Of a DNA stretch of 64,000 bases, positions 40,690 through 51,986 are shown one piece after another. The stretch comes from an uncultured virus (IMG/VR IMGVR_UViG_3300025371_000001) (lineage: Adnaviria; Zilligvirae; Taleaviricota; Tokiviricetes; Ligamenvirales; Lipothrixviridae), in IMG/VR virus record IMGVR_UViG_3300025371_000001. One strand, 5' to 3'. Position numbers and translations under genes: made by a program. The notes below the pieces were generated by a model that saw only the letters and a list, made by a program, of their open reading frames with translations, did no database searches and was not told the origin of the DNA. Within the stretch, counting starts at the first letter, position 1. Each line of letters starts with the position of its first letter.

Positions 40690-41548
40690 GCTAGTTTCTT
40701 ATACGAAAGATGGAGAAAGAGTTGTTGCCATTGCTTCTAAGATGAGCAGGTCTAGAAAGGGTTGGGATTACCACGAGAAGACAATGACGGATGAGGAAGT
40801 AGAAGTATGGATTCGCGACGCTATCATTCACGGCTACTGGTCGCCCCTAGAGCACTCTTCTTACACTTTCTCCATTGAAGGAATTTCCAGAGTTGCCTCT
40901 CATCAACTAGTGAGACACCGCATTGCATCATACACTCAAATGAGCCATAGGTTTGCTAAGCCCGTTGATGAGTACTATCAGCCCGTTATACCACCTTCTG
41001 CAGAAAGGAGGACAAAAGATGCTATTGAGGAGGCGTATAGGGATGCGTACAACCACTACTACAAACTCCTGGAGGCTGGAGTACCAGAGGAAGATGCCAG
41101 ATACGTCCTACCTAATGGAGTAAATACAAACATCGTTGTGACAATGAACGCGAGAGAGTTGTATAATTTCTTTGCCCTCAGACTATGCTCAAGGGCACAG
41201 TGGGAAATACGTCAAGTTGCTTGGAAAATGCTAGAAGAAGTAAAGAAAGTCCATCCCCGCCTCTTTAAGTATGCTGGACCTAATTGCATAATATTAAACA
41301 ATTTAACTAGTGATAGACCAATGACTGTAGAGAATGTCCTTAACGGAATATGGGGTTTTGAAATTAGCAGATGTCCAGAAGGCGTATATCGTGACGGCAT
41401 ATCTAAATGCATACTTTTTGGCATGGGTCTTGCCGACTTATGGCAGTGTATTCATGATTGCAAGGTTCATTTTAGCGACCCTGGCGATGACGATAGTGGT
41501 TGTATAGCCTGGTGCAAGAAAAACTACGCTGATGGCTCCCCGCCCTAA
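40679..41548 (+). CDS. thyX: Flavin-dependent thymidylate synthase
   Basis: [35 protein letters not shown]. Confidence 0.95.
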
Positions 41549-41581
41549 AGGGCGAGGCTTCATAAGGTATGGTGACCGCCC

Positions 41582-42097
41582 GTGATTCTTGGAGATAGAG
41601 ATTTAAAATACTACCTAGAAAAGGGTTGGATAGTAATTTCTCCTCTTACTCAAGATACTATAAGAGAGAACGGGGTCGATTTAAGAGTGGGCGAAGAGAT
41701 AGCCCGCTTTAAGAAGACTGACGAAATATATGAAGATGGAAAAGATCCGCGTTCATTTTATGAGATAGAGAAAGGCGATGAATTCATCATTTACCCTAAC
41801 GAACACGTACTGTTAGTTACTGAGGAATACGTTAAACTGCCGAACGACGTAATGGCTTTTGTCAACTTGAGGTCATCTTTTGCCAGGCTAGGTCTTTTTG
41901 TACCACCTACAATAGTAGATGCAGGCTTTGAAGGTCAGCTCACAATAGAAGTACTAGGTTCCGCTTTTCCAGTAAAGATAAAGAGGGGGACTAGATTCCT
42001 TCACCTTATTTTCGCCAGGACATTAACACCAGTTGAGAACCCCTACCATGGCAAATACCAAGGACAACAAGGCGTAACTTTACCGAAAAATTTTTAA
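41582..42097 (+). CDS. dcd: dCTP deaminase / trimeric dUTPase family
   Basis: [36 protein letters not shown]. Confidence 0.9.
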   Translation: MILGDRDLKYYLEKGWIVISPLTQDTIRENGVDLRVGEEIARFKKTDEIYEDGKDPRSFYEIEKGDEFIIYPNEHVLLVTEEYVKLPNDVMAFVNLRSSFARLGLFVPPTIVDAGFEGQLTIEVLGSAFPVKIKRGTRFLHLIFARTLTPVENPYHGKYQGQQGVTLPKNF

Positions 42098-42149
42098 ACA
42101 ACCCTTCTAGAAAGTAAAATTTAAAAGATCTATAATATTAGACTAACAT

Positions 42150-42782
42150 ATGAGTATGAATATAGATCAGTTGGTAAATAGGGCAATGGATTTATATGAT
42201 CAATTGAAAGCAGATGAAGAATTAAGGAAAAAAGCGATAAGTTTCGCTACACATGTTAAGGGTATAGATATAGGTCAACCAGAAATAGATGAAGATAAGG
42301 GAATAATAAGGGAATATATAAAAGTAATCACAGATGTTGGGGACATTCATATACCAATGCAGCTATACGTTACAGATTCCACACAGATACACGATACTGC
42401 GGTAAATCTGCACGAGTTTATCAACAAGTCTATGATGCCGATTATAAAGGATATGTACGAGTCGATAAATAAGAAGAGCGAAAGCTTAAAAAATGTAAAT
42501 GACGACAGCTTCCTTTCAGTTTTGACCGATGCGATAGGCAAAGCATTACTTATAGTTACAGACGAAAAGATAGTAGACGTTGCAGGCAAAATAGGCGAGA
42601 ACACATCAAATATAGAATTAATAGCCGATACGTCTGATGATAGAACGTTTGAGTTAGTGAAAATTGAGAACGTGAAGAATATGGATATAATAAGTAATAT
42701 AACTATAGATTTATTAGATTTTATAAACAAAATGTGGAGTTCCATAATTTATCCTTTCATCGCGTCAATGATCCATTCATAA
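42150..42782 (+). CDS. Hypothetical protein
   Basis: 210-aa ORF. Confidence 0.65.
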   Translation: MSMNIDQLVNRAMDLYDQLKADEELRKKAISFATHVKGIDIGQPEIDEDKGIIREYIKVITDVGDIHIPMQLYVTDSTQIHDTAVNLHEFINKSMMPIIKDMYESINKKSESLKNVNDDSFLSVLTDAIGKALLIVTDEKIVDVAGKIGENTSNIELIADTSDDRTFELVKIENVKNMDIISNITIDLLDFINKMWSSIIYPFIASMIHS

Positions 42783-42789
42783 TATATCG

Positions 42790-43191
42790 GTGTTATGGAT
42801 GAGTGAGAAGAAAGATGAGGCACCTAAGATTACCAAAAATATTGAAATACCTAAGGAAGAATATTGGTCTTTTATAAAAGTTGCACGTGAATCGGTAAAG
42901 TTTGTAGATGGCACATTATATCCAATGTTAGAAAGAAGAGGAGTAGGTAAAGAAACTATTGCTACGTTATCTGTACTTTTCGCCTCAGCGTTACAGGAGG
43001 TAATGATAACACAAATGAGCATAATGAGGACTGGTATAGAGCCAACAATATCTTTATCTCAAGTAGAGAAGGCGGTAAACGAGATATACAAGCAGTATAG
43101 TAGCGGTGCAATAACACCTAAAGAGGCAATAGACTCTATATTTAACGTTTTAAGTTCACTTAGTAAGAAAACAAAAAATGAAAATAAGTGA
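42790..43191 (+). CDS. Hypothetical protein
   Basis: 133-aa ORF. Confidence 0.6.
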   Translation: MLWMSEKKDEAPKITKNIEIPKEEYWSFIKVARESVKFVDGTLYPMLERRGVGKETIATLSVLFASALQEVMITQMSIMRTGIEPTISLSQVEKAVNEIYKQYSSGAITPKEAIDSIFNVLSSLSKKTKNENK

Positions 43192-43244
43192 GCTACCTCG
43201 CCCTTCAAGGCGGGGAGGAAGTCAAGCGATAACTTTATAAATAT

Positions 43245-43619
43245 ATGTTACTATTTTCTCTTATGCCTAAGTTTGGAGAGATTGTATCCCCGCCATCTAA
43301 GCCTTCTAAAACAACATTCGATTATCCACTGGAACTGTTATATACTTATATTGACAGTGAAAGGAGACATATAAGACAATCCATAGTTGACGCTGGAAGA
43401 GAAGAAGTACCAAATCCATTAGAACAGTTCACAGAATTACTTAATGCGGCCACGTCACTTGCTAACGCTACTAAGTCAACAGAAGCAAAAGCTGCAGATT
43501 ATACAACTATATTATTACAAGTATTTGGAAAGATGCTAACTACGCCTGAAATTAGAGATAGGTTAGTAGATATACTTAAAGCGTTACAACCAAAACCCAC
43601 AAACCAACGTACTCAATGA
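43245..43619 (+). CDS. Hypothetical protein
   Basis: 124-aa ORF. Confidence 0.6.
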   Translation: MLLFSLMPKFGEIVSPPSKPSKTTFDYPLELLYTYIDSERRHIRQSIVDAGREEVPNPLEQFTELLNAATSLANATKSTEAKAADYTTILLQVFGKMLTTPEIRDRLVDILKALQPKPTNQRTQ

Positions 43620-43638
43620 ATGTCCGACCCCTTAAAGG

Positions 43639-43838
43639 CTGACGGCTCCCCGCCTAAAGGCGGGGTTTCTACGCCCACTGGGGCGTCCCTCATGCTTCAG
43701 GCACCCCTCACGGGCGTGGCATCACAGTTCAGTGCCCGCCGTCAGCTGGGGGCAGTGCATGGCTCATCGTCTGTTAGACTTGCCATGCACCAACATACAC
43801 GAGTATATGTACCAAAAAATATTTAAATGTTTTGGTTA
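43639..43838 (-). ncRNA. Putative omegaRNA with its own promoter
   Basis: GC-rich ~170 nt ending GGCGGGGAGCCGTCAG; CAAAACATTTAAAT promoter; near-identical copy at 44261-44462. Confidence 0.65.
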
Positions 43839-43848
43839 ATCTGATCTT

Positions 43849-43996
43849 ATGGGTGTAGAATTGGTCTTCAGAGCCAAAATATCGAGTCACGGCAAAGGAA
43901 AATACATCATATACATCCCGAAGGAGTTCTCTGAAAAAGCAAAGGAACTCTATAACGATGGAGAGGTGATCGTAATTGTTGCAAGAGAAGGTTGAA
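43849..43996 (+). CDS. AbrB/SpoVT-like small regulator
   Basis: MGVELVFRAKISSHGKGKYIIYIPKEF... (read manually; ends approximate). Confidence 0.55.
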
Positions 43997-45342
43997 GAGG
44001 GGTTTAGGGTCTTAAACTTGGAAAAGGATGTTGATAAGGACGTTCTGGAGTTCGTTAGGAAATATCAGATTCTGGCATCTCATCTCTATTGGTCTAGAAG
44101 ATTAGGTATCAAACCATCAGACATAATTACCGAGAAGTTACAGAGGGATGTGAAAAGTTACTGGCGTTGGCAGGTTATAGATGAGAGAAGTCCAATGTAT
44201 TTATTCAAAAACGTGGAAAGGACATCGAGACCCTATTCAATGCTGATTAGAATACCCTTGCTGACGGCTCCCCGCTCTAAAGAGCGAGGGTTCTACGCCC
44301 ACTGGGGTGTCTCTCATAGTTCAAGCACCCCTCACGGGCGTGGCATCACAGTTCAGTGCCCGCCGTCAGCTGGGGGCAGTGCATGGCTCATCGTCTGTTA
44401 GACTTGCCATGCACCAACATACACGAGTATATATGTACCAAATAGTTTTAAATGTTTCGGTTATGAAAATCATGAAATGCCAGAGATGTGGGTTCAGAGA
44501 AAGTTGATGCACTACATCCCAAGAAAGGTGCATTTGTTCAGGATAATAGGTTAGTTCTGAGACTTAACAAAAAAGTAGAAATCGAAATACCGAAACGGGC
44601 TATTGGATGGTTGAATAAGAGGCTTTCCGAAAATCCAGATAAGAAGTCAATAAGGGTATTTGAAAGAGATAATAAACTAGTAGCACAAATAGTTCTTCAT
44701 AAAAAGAATGTGGTAAAATTACCTGAAAATCCGCTATTGGTTGTCGTAGATTTAAATAGTTCCTATGGTATAGTTGTCCATTATTGGGACAACCGATTAA
44801 TTAGGACAGAAAAATACAGACCACCAAACAGAGATATAAGGTGGAAAAGCGTAAAGAGACTAATGAAAGTTAGAGACAACTTGTACAATCAAGGAACAAT
44901 AACCCAACGTCAGATCGACCTTTATTCTGCATTGATAAGGAAAACGTTGAAAGGGAGTATGAAGAGTTGGATACAAAAAACTGTGGATAAAATAGTCAGA
45001 CGAACAAGACGACTTGCTAAAAGGCACAGGAAGGAGCCACTCGTTTTAATAGATGTGCCAGACGATAATTCGCTGAGAGGAAGTAGTTTACAACGTACAA
45101 TTAGATCGTTCTCTAGGTATTTGGAGAACATATTATCATGGTATGGCATATATTGGGAAGAGATGAGGCTTTACAGTACGATATGCCCCAAATGTGGCGG
45201 AAAGCTAAACTTAGAACAAAAAACTAAACGAATTAGAATCATGAGATGCCAGAGATGTGGGTTCAGAGAAGATAGGGATAACATACCGTTATACTGGGCA
45301 ATTAACAGACTCCCCGCCCCTAGAAGGGGCGAGGCTTCATAA
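43976..45342 (+). pseudogene. tnpB: Divergent TnpB split by a second omegaRNA copy (44261-44502)
   Basis: Frame 43976-44260 (...IRIPL) rejoins 44503 (VDALHPK...); VVVDLN, CPKCG/CQRCG, DRDN motifs. Confidence 0.7.
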
Positions 45343-45379
45343 GACATGGTGGAGGAAAGTTTAAAATAAGTGTTGTAGT

Positions 45380-46084
45380 GTGTATTTTATGAATAATACG
45401 CAGTTCATAATAATAGTTGTTGCTATTACGGTCGTCATAATTGTTCTATTAATCTATTTGATGCATATCCTTGTTGTATCACCTGTAGTTTCAAGTGCGG
45501 TTTCTTCTGCATTAGCAACATATCAACAAGAGTTCCAACAATGTGCTGAACAGTATGCTACCGCGTTTAACAAGTTCATTACAGAATCTCCTGAAGGATT
45601 TAATCAAGCAGAACTCCAAACATTAGCACAGTTACAACAATGTATGAATAATGCAGCACAAGGTATGGCTAATGTTGCGAAGAGCCTAGGTCAGAATCCG
45701 TTAAATATTATTGCACAAGGTGTTGCGGAAGCTTTACTAGCTGTTGGTATTGCATATGGAATAGTAGAGATTATAAAATCACTAAAGACGTTTACTAATG
45801 GCGGTGCAAATAATGGCGGTGCAGCTGCAAACATTTTAAGTAACGCAATAATCAGATACGACTTAGAAAATGGTATAATTACTCCCGATCAAGCAGCAGG
45901 AGTAATTAATTCGCTTAACAACGTATATAACCTCAACGTTTCAGCAGTTTATAGTTTCGCGAATTATTTAGTTCAAATTAATGTTCTAACTATTGATCAA
46001 GTTTCACAGTTCGAAAGTTTTGAAACGAATTTAATGTACGACGATACGTTAGATACTGAAGCGTTGCTAGCCCCCCCGTCCTAG
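45380..46084 (+). CDS. Membrane-anchored helical protein
   Basis: N-terminal TM plus internal hydrophobic helix. Confidence 0.65.
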   Translation: MYFMNNTQFIIIVVAITVVIIVLLIYLMHILVVSPVVSSAVSSALATYQQEFQQCAEQYATAFNKFITESPEGFNQAELQTLAQLQQCMNNAAQGMANVAKSLGQNPLNIIAQGVAEALLAVGIAYGIVEIIKSLKTFTNGGANNGGAAANILSNAIIRYDLENGIITPDQAAGVINSLNNVYNLNVSAVYSFANYLVQINVLTIDQVSQFESFETNLMYDDTLDTEALLAPPS

Positions 46085-46158
46085 CCACAAGTTAGAGATC
46101 GGAAAAAATGCGAGGGCGAAAAGTAAAGTTTTTAACTTATATGTATATCTCTTAATTT

Positions 46159-46455
46159 ATGATAAAGAAGATGTTTGATGATGGATGTCTTGGCGTTAAG
46201 CTTTACGCTCAAGAGGCTTCAGAGAAGGAATTTAAAAAATATCTTCGTAGTGTATCCCCCTTGAATAACGAGGAAAACGAAATTTTGGCCATGCAGATAA
46301 TTGCAAGAGAAGAGGATGTTAGAGTTTTTCCACAATCAGGATATCGTGTTGGATGGAAGCGTACTCCTACTTTTTCCTTTTTGGTTGTTGTCTTTTGTCC
46401 AATTCAAGAGATTCAAGAAGAGGGTAATGGGGTGACGACGAGTGGCTATTTATGA
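46159..46455 (+). CDS. Hypothetical protein
   Basis: 98-aa ORF. Confidence 0.55.
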   Translation: MIKKMFDDGCLGVKLYAQEASEKEFKKYLRSVSPLNNEENEILAMQIIAREEDVRVFPQSGYRVGWKRTPTFSFLVVVFCPIQEIQEEGNGVTTSGYL

Positions 46456-46960
46456 GATAACAATAAATAAGAAGAAAGGAGAGGATTTAACACCCGATTT
46501 ATTGAAGATTATTCACGAGAAACTTAATGATGACCCAGCGTTTGTATCACTTGTTATGGATCCTATCCCAAACAAGGGTATAAACGACGAAGGTAAACCG
46601 TATATTGTATTTATAGGCGAGAACTCCGCAATAGCGATAATAAGAGAGAATGATAAAAAAGTACTAGTCGCGTTTATAAAATCTCCAGCTGGTTTAAAAC
46701 AGATAGACGAGAATCTGAGAAACAGATATAAAATCTTCTTGTTCAGGGGTAGAACTGCACCTTTTGAGTTTGCTATAAAACAACATATTCTTCAGCTTAT
46801 ATCTGAAGAACCAGATATGGATGATATAGAAGTGAAGGAAGAGAAAGATGAGAACGATCAATCTGATAACGAAGATAGTGGTGATAAGAAAGAGAGAAAA
46901 GACGTCGAAAAAGATGAAGTCGAGGAGGACTGGGACAAACTATTCAATCTGAAAGATTGA
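46442..46960 (+). CDS. Hypothetical protein with acidic tail
   Basis: D/E-rich C-terminus. Confidence 0.6.
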   Translation: MAIYEITINKKKGEDLTPDLLKIIHEKLNDDPAFVSLVMDPIPNKGINDEGKPYIVFIGENSAIAIIRENDKKVLVAFIKSPAGLKQIDENLRNRYKIFLFRGRTAPFEFAIKQHILQLISEEPDMDDIEVKEEKDENDQSDNEDSGDKKERKDVEKDEVEEDWDKLFNLKD

Positions 46961-46989
46961 AAGCCTATCTCCACGAAGGATAGATCAAC

Positions 46990-47328
46990 ATGGCAAAGAT
47001 TATAAATATTTGTGACAACCATTATATTATTCCAGACGAATATGAAATAGAACCGATATCCACTACTTCTGTTATTTATATTGATGGTAAGAAAGTCCAA
47101 GTAAGTAACCTTTACAGGATAACAAAATATGAAACTATGGAAGGTATTAAGGTAGAGTCAATGCTGTTCGGCGACTTATATTTATTCGAGTATGCTGGAT
47201 TTTCTTATTTTGTGTTAAGGTATGTACGCAATGACGGTAAGGTTATTAAGAAGGTGTATAAGAAACCATGCTTCAGTAATGTTAATATACAACTTGGCAA
47301 AATATTAACTGAGATTGAGAATTGGTAG
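46990..47328 (+). CDS. Hypothetical protein
   Basis: 112-aa ORF. Confidence 0.55.
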   Translation: MAKIINICDNHYIIPDEYEIEPISTTSVIYIDGKKVQVSNLYRITKYETMEGIKVESMLFGDLYLFEYAGFSYFVLRYVRNDGKVIKKVYKKPCFSNVNIQLGKILTEIENW

Positions 47329-47741
47329 TAGTCGTTCCTGTTAGTGGTGGAATATCTGGTATAATAAACGATGTAATAGTTATAGCAATGGCTTCTATAG
47401 CCTCATATTTTGTGTCTAAGGAAGTAGCGAAGACATCCATAAAATCTATAGCTGCTTCATTTTCAGTTAACGATTTAATTAATATTATAAAGAAGGTGAT
47501 TGACAATGCCTCGCATGACGATGAACTAAAAAAACTTATAAACACTTTTGTATCAAATATGGTAAAATCTATTTTATCTAACCCAGATTTAAGAGATGCG
47601 TCTAGAGCTATAATAAAGGGAATATTAGAAGATCCAGAAATTAGGGATGAAACAAAAAAAGTTTTAAACGACATTGTAAATCAATATCCAGTATTGGCAA
47701 GATTGTTAGGTGTAAACAATGCCAAGGAAAAAAAGACTTGA
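47322..47741 (+). CDS. Hypothetical membrane-associated helical protein
   Basis: 139-aa ORF in an operon. Confidence 0.5.
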   Translation: MVVVVPVSGGISGIINDVIVIAMASIASYFVSKEVAKTSIKSIAASFSVNDLINIIKKVIDNASHDDELKKLINTFVSNMVKSILSNPDLRDASRAIIKGILEDPEIRDETKKVLNDIVNQYPVLARLLGVNNAKEKKT

Positions 47742-50088
47742 TAGACTTGAAGAGGAACGTCAAGTTTATAATGCTTTGTTAGAGCTTATTCCAGGATGTA
47801 GAGATGTTTATAATAAAGCTGGTAAAAAAAATATTATAACACAAGTAAATTTTATCGGGAAACCTGCATTTATAAGCGTGTTAAGAGATTTGACGTTTGG
47901 GAGATGGGAAAAGTTTCTAGAGGAATATAAAGATGTAAGTAACGTATTAAACTCTTCCGCTCCTATTCAAGATAAGGTTGAAGCATGTGATGATTTTTTT
48001 GATGATTATACCACGGTACCACAATTAATAGTTGGTCTAGGGCAGAAGCTATTAGATATATCTGACGACGTTAATTCTGCAGTAGAGGCCGCATATATCA
48101 AAAATTTAAACACTTACAAAAGCATGGGTGGTATTGAGACTCCTTGTGCCGATATGGTGATTTATTTAGTAACACTAGGGCTTCTTCCACCAGAAAAGGT
48201 AACTAAAAATCTCGATGAAGAGGCATACGGAATATTACAGCATGAAAGTGAAAATATAGGGCCAGAAGCTGGTAAGCTTAATGATGAAAACATAACATCA
48301 CGTTTAGTTGTATTACCAGAAGTTTCTGTTTCACCTAAAACAGTACCCAAAGCTGTTACACCTTCAAAGCCCACACCTTTAGAAGGTCTTGCTAGAGACT
48401 TTGCTGAGCAGATTCTATTTCATTGTTCAGATACTATAAAGTCACAAGGTCAATCGATAGACGATATATTGGATAAATTACCTTATGATAGAATAGCAGG
48501 ACAGTTACAACAAGTAATATCTAGTGTACCAGATTTTAGAACGACTCTAGCATCTCTTGTAGACCATATTGACTGCCAAACAGACCTTCTACCATATTTA
48601 CGTTCAAAATCAGGCCCGTTGAAAGGCGTCGCTCTATATAATTCTGTTGCTACCTTTATAAATAAGGTATTTCAATGTGTAGCCGATTCTGGTGGTTCTC
48701 CAGATAAGTTTAAGTCATGTCTTGAAGGCGGAGTTAAAACAGAAACAGCAGAGGAAGCTGCTATTGCTGCAGAATCTCAGCATAGGTCTAACTTGGAATA
48801 TTATACTGTAGAGGGAGTTAATGATATAATCACCAAGACTGGTCAACCGCCATTCGAGTCTTATTCTCAAGTTGAGCAATTCATAACTTACATAGGTAAC
48901 CTAATGAACCAATTCGGTATTACGACAAAGGACTATCAAAAGCTATCAGGTATTTGTCAAGCAAAGAAGTCAGAAATTGAGGAAATTCTTGATAAGATAC
49001 CAGAGGAGGGAAAGAAGCAACTAATTTCCGCACTAGCTTCAATATCGAGCTTACCCAAACCAGCTATGGACTCAGCAATTTCCGCTTTAGATAAAATTGT
49101 ACAAATAGGCAACCAAGTTCCAGACAAGGAAGCATATTATTCAACAATGGTTAAGCTACTTAATAATGTAGTAAGTTTATCTAATGACGTTAACGCGTCC
49201 CTTATGAAGCTTAACGGTTTCCTAAGTTATTTAAACAAGACTATGGCAGAGCCAGAGAAGAGGGAAAGGATATTATCGGCGATTGTAGCGGATGCAGACT
49301 ACGTTATAGACTCTATTACAAGGTTACTAACATCTACTACATCACCACCACCTACTACTGCTCAACCTCCAAAACCAGCTCCGACACAAATGAAGGAAGA
49401 AGTTAGAGAGGAGAGAGAAAAGGCTGAAATAAAGACGATTTCAACACGTGATGACCTAGTGACTCTAATAATGAAAATAAAACAAGCAAGGAACCTACAA
49501 GTTGCGACAACCTTTTTACCTGGGGTAGGCGGTTTAAACGGTTACAGTGAACTATTCCTCTACTTTGTTGATACGGAAAACCCATCAAATTTAGAGAGCG
49601 GTGACCATTATTTAATAAGTCACAGACCAGACGAGATATACCTCATAGACGACTCCACAGAATTCGGCAGGAACCTTATAAGGCAGTTCAATGATATAGT
49701 TATGAGAATTAGGAGCAAATATAAGACGAGAATTATAGGTACAAACGTCGAATTATTTTATGTTACCTTTTCTTATCAATCTCAATATATAGATAAAATC
49801 TTCATATTTCACCCAACCGATGCTGATAAATTCGCCCCAACAGCTTTAATTTATGATAAGGATACATTACCTGCAGAATTTTATTCCGATCTCTTCATAG
49901 ATGTGAACGATATAGACGATATACATGTCTTAGTCGATAAATCTAGGAACCATGTTAGGCAAATTATAGTGATTTCTGCACAGTCCAACCTGGTTAAGGG
50001 ACATATTTACAAAGTAACTAAGGCACCTAACGGCATAGAATTTACAGAATGGGGTGAGTATAGTAGTGGTAGTAAAACCAAAAGATGA
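47719..50088 (+). CDS. Large multi-domain hypothetical protein (789 aa)
   Basis: Long ORF with Pro/Thr linkers. Confidence 0.8.
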   Translation: MPRKKRLDRLEEERQVYNALLELIPGCRDVYNKAGKKNIITQVNFIGKPAFISVLRDLTFGRWEKFLEEYKDVSNVLNSSAPIQDKVEACDDFFDDYTTVPQLIVGLGQKLLDISDDVNSAVEAAYIKNLNTYKSMGGIETPCADMVIYLVTLGLLPPEKVTKNLDEEAYGILQHESENIGPEAGKLNDENITSRLVVLPEVSVSPKTVPKAVTPSKPTPLEGLARDFAEQILFHCSDTIKSQGQSIDDILDKLPYDRIAGQLQQVISSVPDFRTTLASLVDHIDCQTDLLPYLRSKSGPLKGVALYNSVATFINKVFQCVADSGGSPDKFKSCLEGGVKTETAEEAAIAAESQHRSNLEYYTVEGVNDIITKTGQPPFESYSQVEQFITYIGNLMNQFGITTKDYQKLSGICQAKKSEIEEILDKIPEEGKKQLISALASISSLPKPAMDSAISALDKIVQIGNQVPDKEAYYSTMVKLLNNVVSLSNDVNASLMKLNGFLSYLNKTMAEPEKRERILSAIVADADYVIDSITRLLTSTTSPPPTTAQPPKPAPTQMKEEVREEREKAEIKTISTRDDLVTLIMKIKQARNLQVATTFLPGVGGLNGYSELFLYFVDTENPSNLESGDHYLISHRPDEIYLIDDSTEFGRNLIRQFNDIVMRIRSKYKTRIIGTNVELFYVTFSYQSQYIDKIFIFHPTDADKFAPTALIYDKDTLPAEFYSDLFIDVNDIDDIHVLVDKSRNHVRQIIVISAQSNLVKGHIYKVTKAPNGIEFTEWGEYSSGSKTKR

Positions 50089-50389
50089 AATATTAAAGAC
50101 TATAAACAATTTAAAGAAGAAGATACAAGATGGATATTTTGAATTAGAAGAGATGGAAGAGATTAGGAGGGAGATTGAAAGGTTAGGATTAATAGCGTAT
50201 AATAAGATAATGCAACTTGAATTAGAAGAAAAGAACAGTGTTATTGACGCAGATGTATATGTTTGCAAGTTATGTGGTAAAGAATTCATGTCAAAACGTT
50301 CAATAAATTCTCATATAATTACCCATCACCATATGAAGCCTAAGGAAGATTTTATTCAAAGAATAAAATTCCCAGAAACTCCCCGCTAA
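50054..50389 (+). CDS. C2H2 zinc-finger protein
   Basis: YVCKLCGKEF...INSHIITHH. Confidence 0.75.
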   Translation: MSIVVVVKPKDEILKTINNLKKKIQDGYFELEEMEEIRREIERLGLIAYNKIMQLELEEKNSVIDADVYVCKLCGKEFMSKRSINSHIITHHHMKPKEDFIQRIKFPETPR

Positions 50390-50419
50390 TTTTTTAACCC
50401 CCCTTTTTATTTTTAATTT

Positions 50420-51904
50420 ATGCTCACTCCAAGACAGATAAGTGATTTATATGCAAGATTCGGCAATTCCTTTTCGTATAGGAATTTTGCGTTAGCAGCT
50501 AACGCTTATTACCTTATGGTAACAAAGCGGTATACCTTAAGTAAAGCAGTTAGGGAAATAACTGGCAGTCCTATCGGATTTAGGATTTCAGACGCGATTT
50601 CCGCTGGGAGGTATTTATTTAAAAAGGTGAATGGAAGATATGTTCCACTAGGTTATCTAGCTACAGTTACAGCTAATATTCATGGGGGAGGTACACTTGT
50701 CTTCTCCCTATGGTTCCCTTTTTATTATACAGATTTTTATCATGTATTACGCGACGTTGCCCATTTTATTACATCCTCTGCTGGAGCATTTTCTTATACA
50801 GTTAGAGTTTCTCCATTCATAAATCATGGTAGATTCAGAATACAGCAAGGTAACATAGTTTATGAGGGGACATTTAGGTACCAATGGGGAGATTATTTAT
50901 GTTATTTCGAGATAGAAATAGAAAAGAACTGTAGAACTGGGAGAGTAATAAAAAGACATTCTGTTATGGTTAATAAGTGTGCTTTTATACCACCTCTTGT
51001 ACCTCCTCGTATACAAATTTGTGTTGTAGTACCACCTATAAGATTTGTAACAGAGCCATGGATGATAAGCGAGGCTATGATTAGACGTACGTATAACGAA
51101 TTATTGCGTATGCTGGCTGAACCAAATTACGACCTATTTCGAATAGCAATTTTGGCTTATCAATTAATGGTAGAAAGAGATTATTCATTATCTACAGCAA
51201 CAAACTATATGTCCAGGCTTACTGGCATGCCTGCCTCCGCTATTAGGAATTTTATGATAAAATCCAAACTAGTTGTTCCAGGATACCCACGTAGGTATCC
51301 TAATAGGAAATACGACCCTTATGGATACGAGGTAACATATTCAATATTTACCAAGTACCCAGAAGACGTGCGGAGAAAACGAACCAGTGCATCAGCGATG
51401 GAGGTAAGATTTACTATATGGCAACCATTTTACTCCCCAATTCCGTTTACTAATGTTTCAACTGTAGCAGAAGTATTATTTAATTCGTTGGGGAGTCTTG
51501 GCATGCCTGGAGAATCGATAATCTTAGGGATAATTAGAGTAGCTGGTGGTGAAGATATTAGCGATTTGTATCTTATAATGGAAGATGGTATAAAATATGC
51601 AGTAAGAAGGATGTCAGTCTTCAGGAACAGAGATAAATACACGATAACACTTGTAAAAGAGAATGGAGAAGGATGGAGATATGACGGTATAATTAGATAT
51701 CAATGGGAAAAAGACTTGATATGTTATTTATACATTGAGACGCTTAGACTGTGTGCGAAATCACGTACAAAAAAGACTTGGTATCCTAATATCGGAGAAG
51801 AAGCTATTATAACCGATAGAGGCTTTGCTGGTTGCGATTGGGTTTTTGATGAGCATCTCAGATTCTCTACAAATTCATTGAATTTTGATACCGTGTGCTA
51901 TTAA
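50420..51904 (+). CDS. Hypothetical protein with an internal domain duplication
   Basis: AYYLMVTKRYTLSKA / AYQLMVERDYSLSTA; YEGTFRYQW / YDGIIRYQW. Confidence 0.75.
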   Translation: MLTPRQISDLYARFGNSFSYRNFALAANAYYLMVTKRYTLSKAVREITGSPIGFRISDAISAGRYLFKKVNGRYVPLGYLATVTANIHGGGTLVFSLWFPFYYTDFYHVLRDVAHFITSSAGAFSYTVRVSPFINHGRFRIQQGNIVYEGTFRYQWGDYLCYFEIEIEKNCRTGRVIKRHSVMVNKCAFIPPLVPPRIQICVVVPPIRFVTEPWMISEAMIRRTYNELLRMLAEPNYDLFRIAILAYQLMVERDYSLSTATNYMSRLTGMPASAIRNFMIKSKLVVPGYPRRYPNRKYDPYGYEVTYSIFTKYPEDVRRKRTSASAMEVRFTIWQPFYSPIPFTNVSTVAEVLFNSLGSLGMPGESIILGIIRVAGGEDISDLYLIMEDGIKYAVRRMSVFRNRDKYTITLVKENGEGWRYDGIIRYQWEKDLICYLYIETLRLCAKSRTKKTWYPNIGEEAIITDRGFAGCDWVFDEHLRFSTNSLNFDTVCY

Positions 51905-51986
51905 AAAGGCGGTTGAGGGAACCCTCGCCAAGGGCTGGAGGAGGTCAGAAAAGCTTTTTTCTTTCATTTCATAAAATAATATATCA

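Larger units (their letters stand above)
43639..45351 (-). mobile_element. IS605-group element with omegaRNA/right end and tnpB in opposite orientations
   Basis: Right-end hairpin ending TCAG at 43639 and left-end-like hairpin at 45308-45351, both on minus; tnpB-like gene on plus. Confidence 0.6.

Noticed and set aside
43620..44507. ORFs 43620-43826 and 44307-44507
   Set aside because: Shadow frames of the duplicated omegaRNA-like segment.
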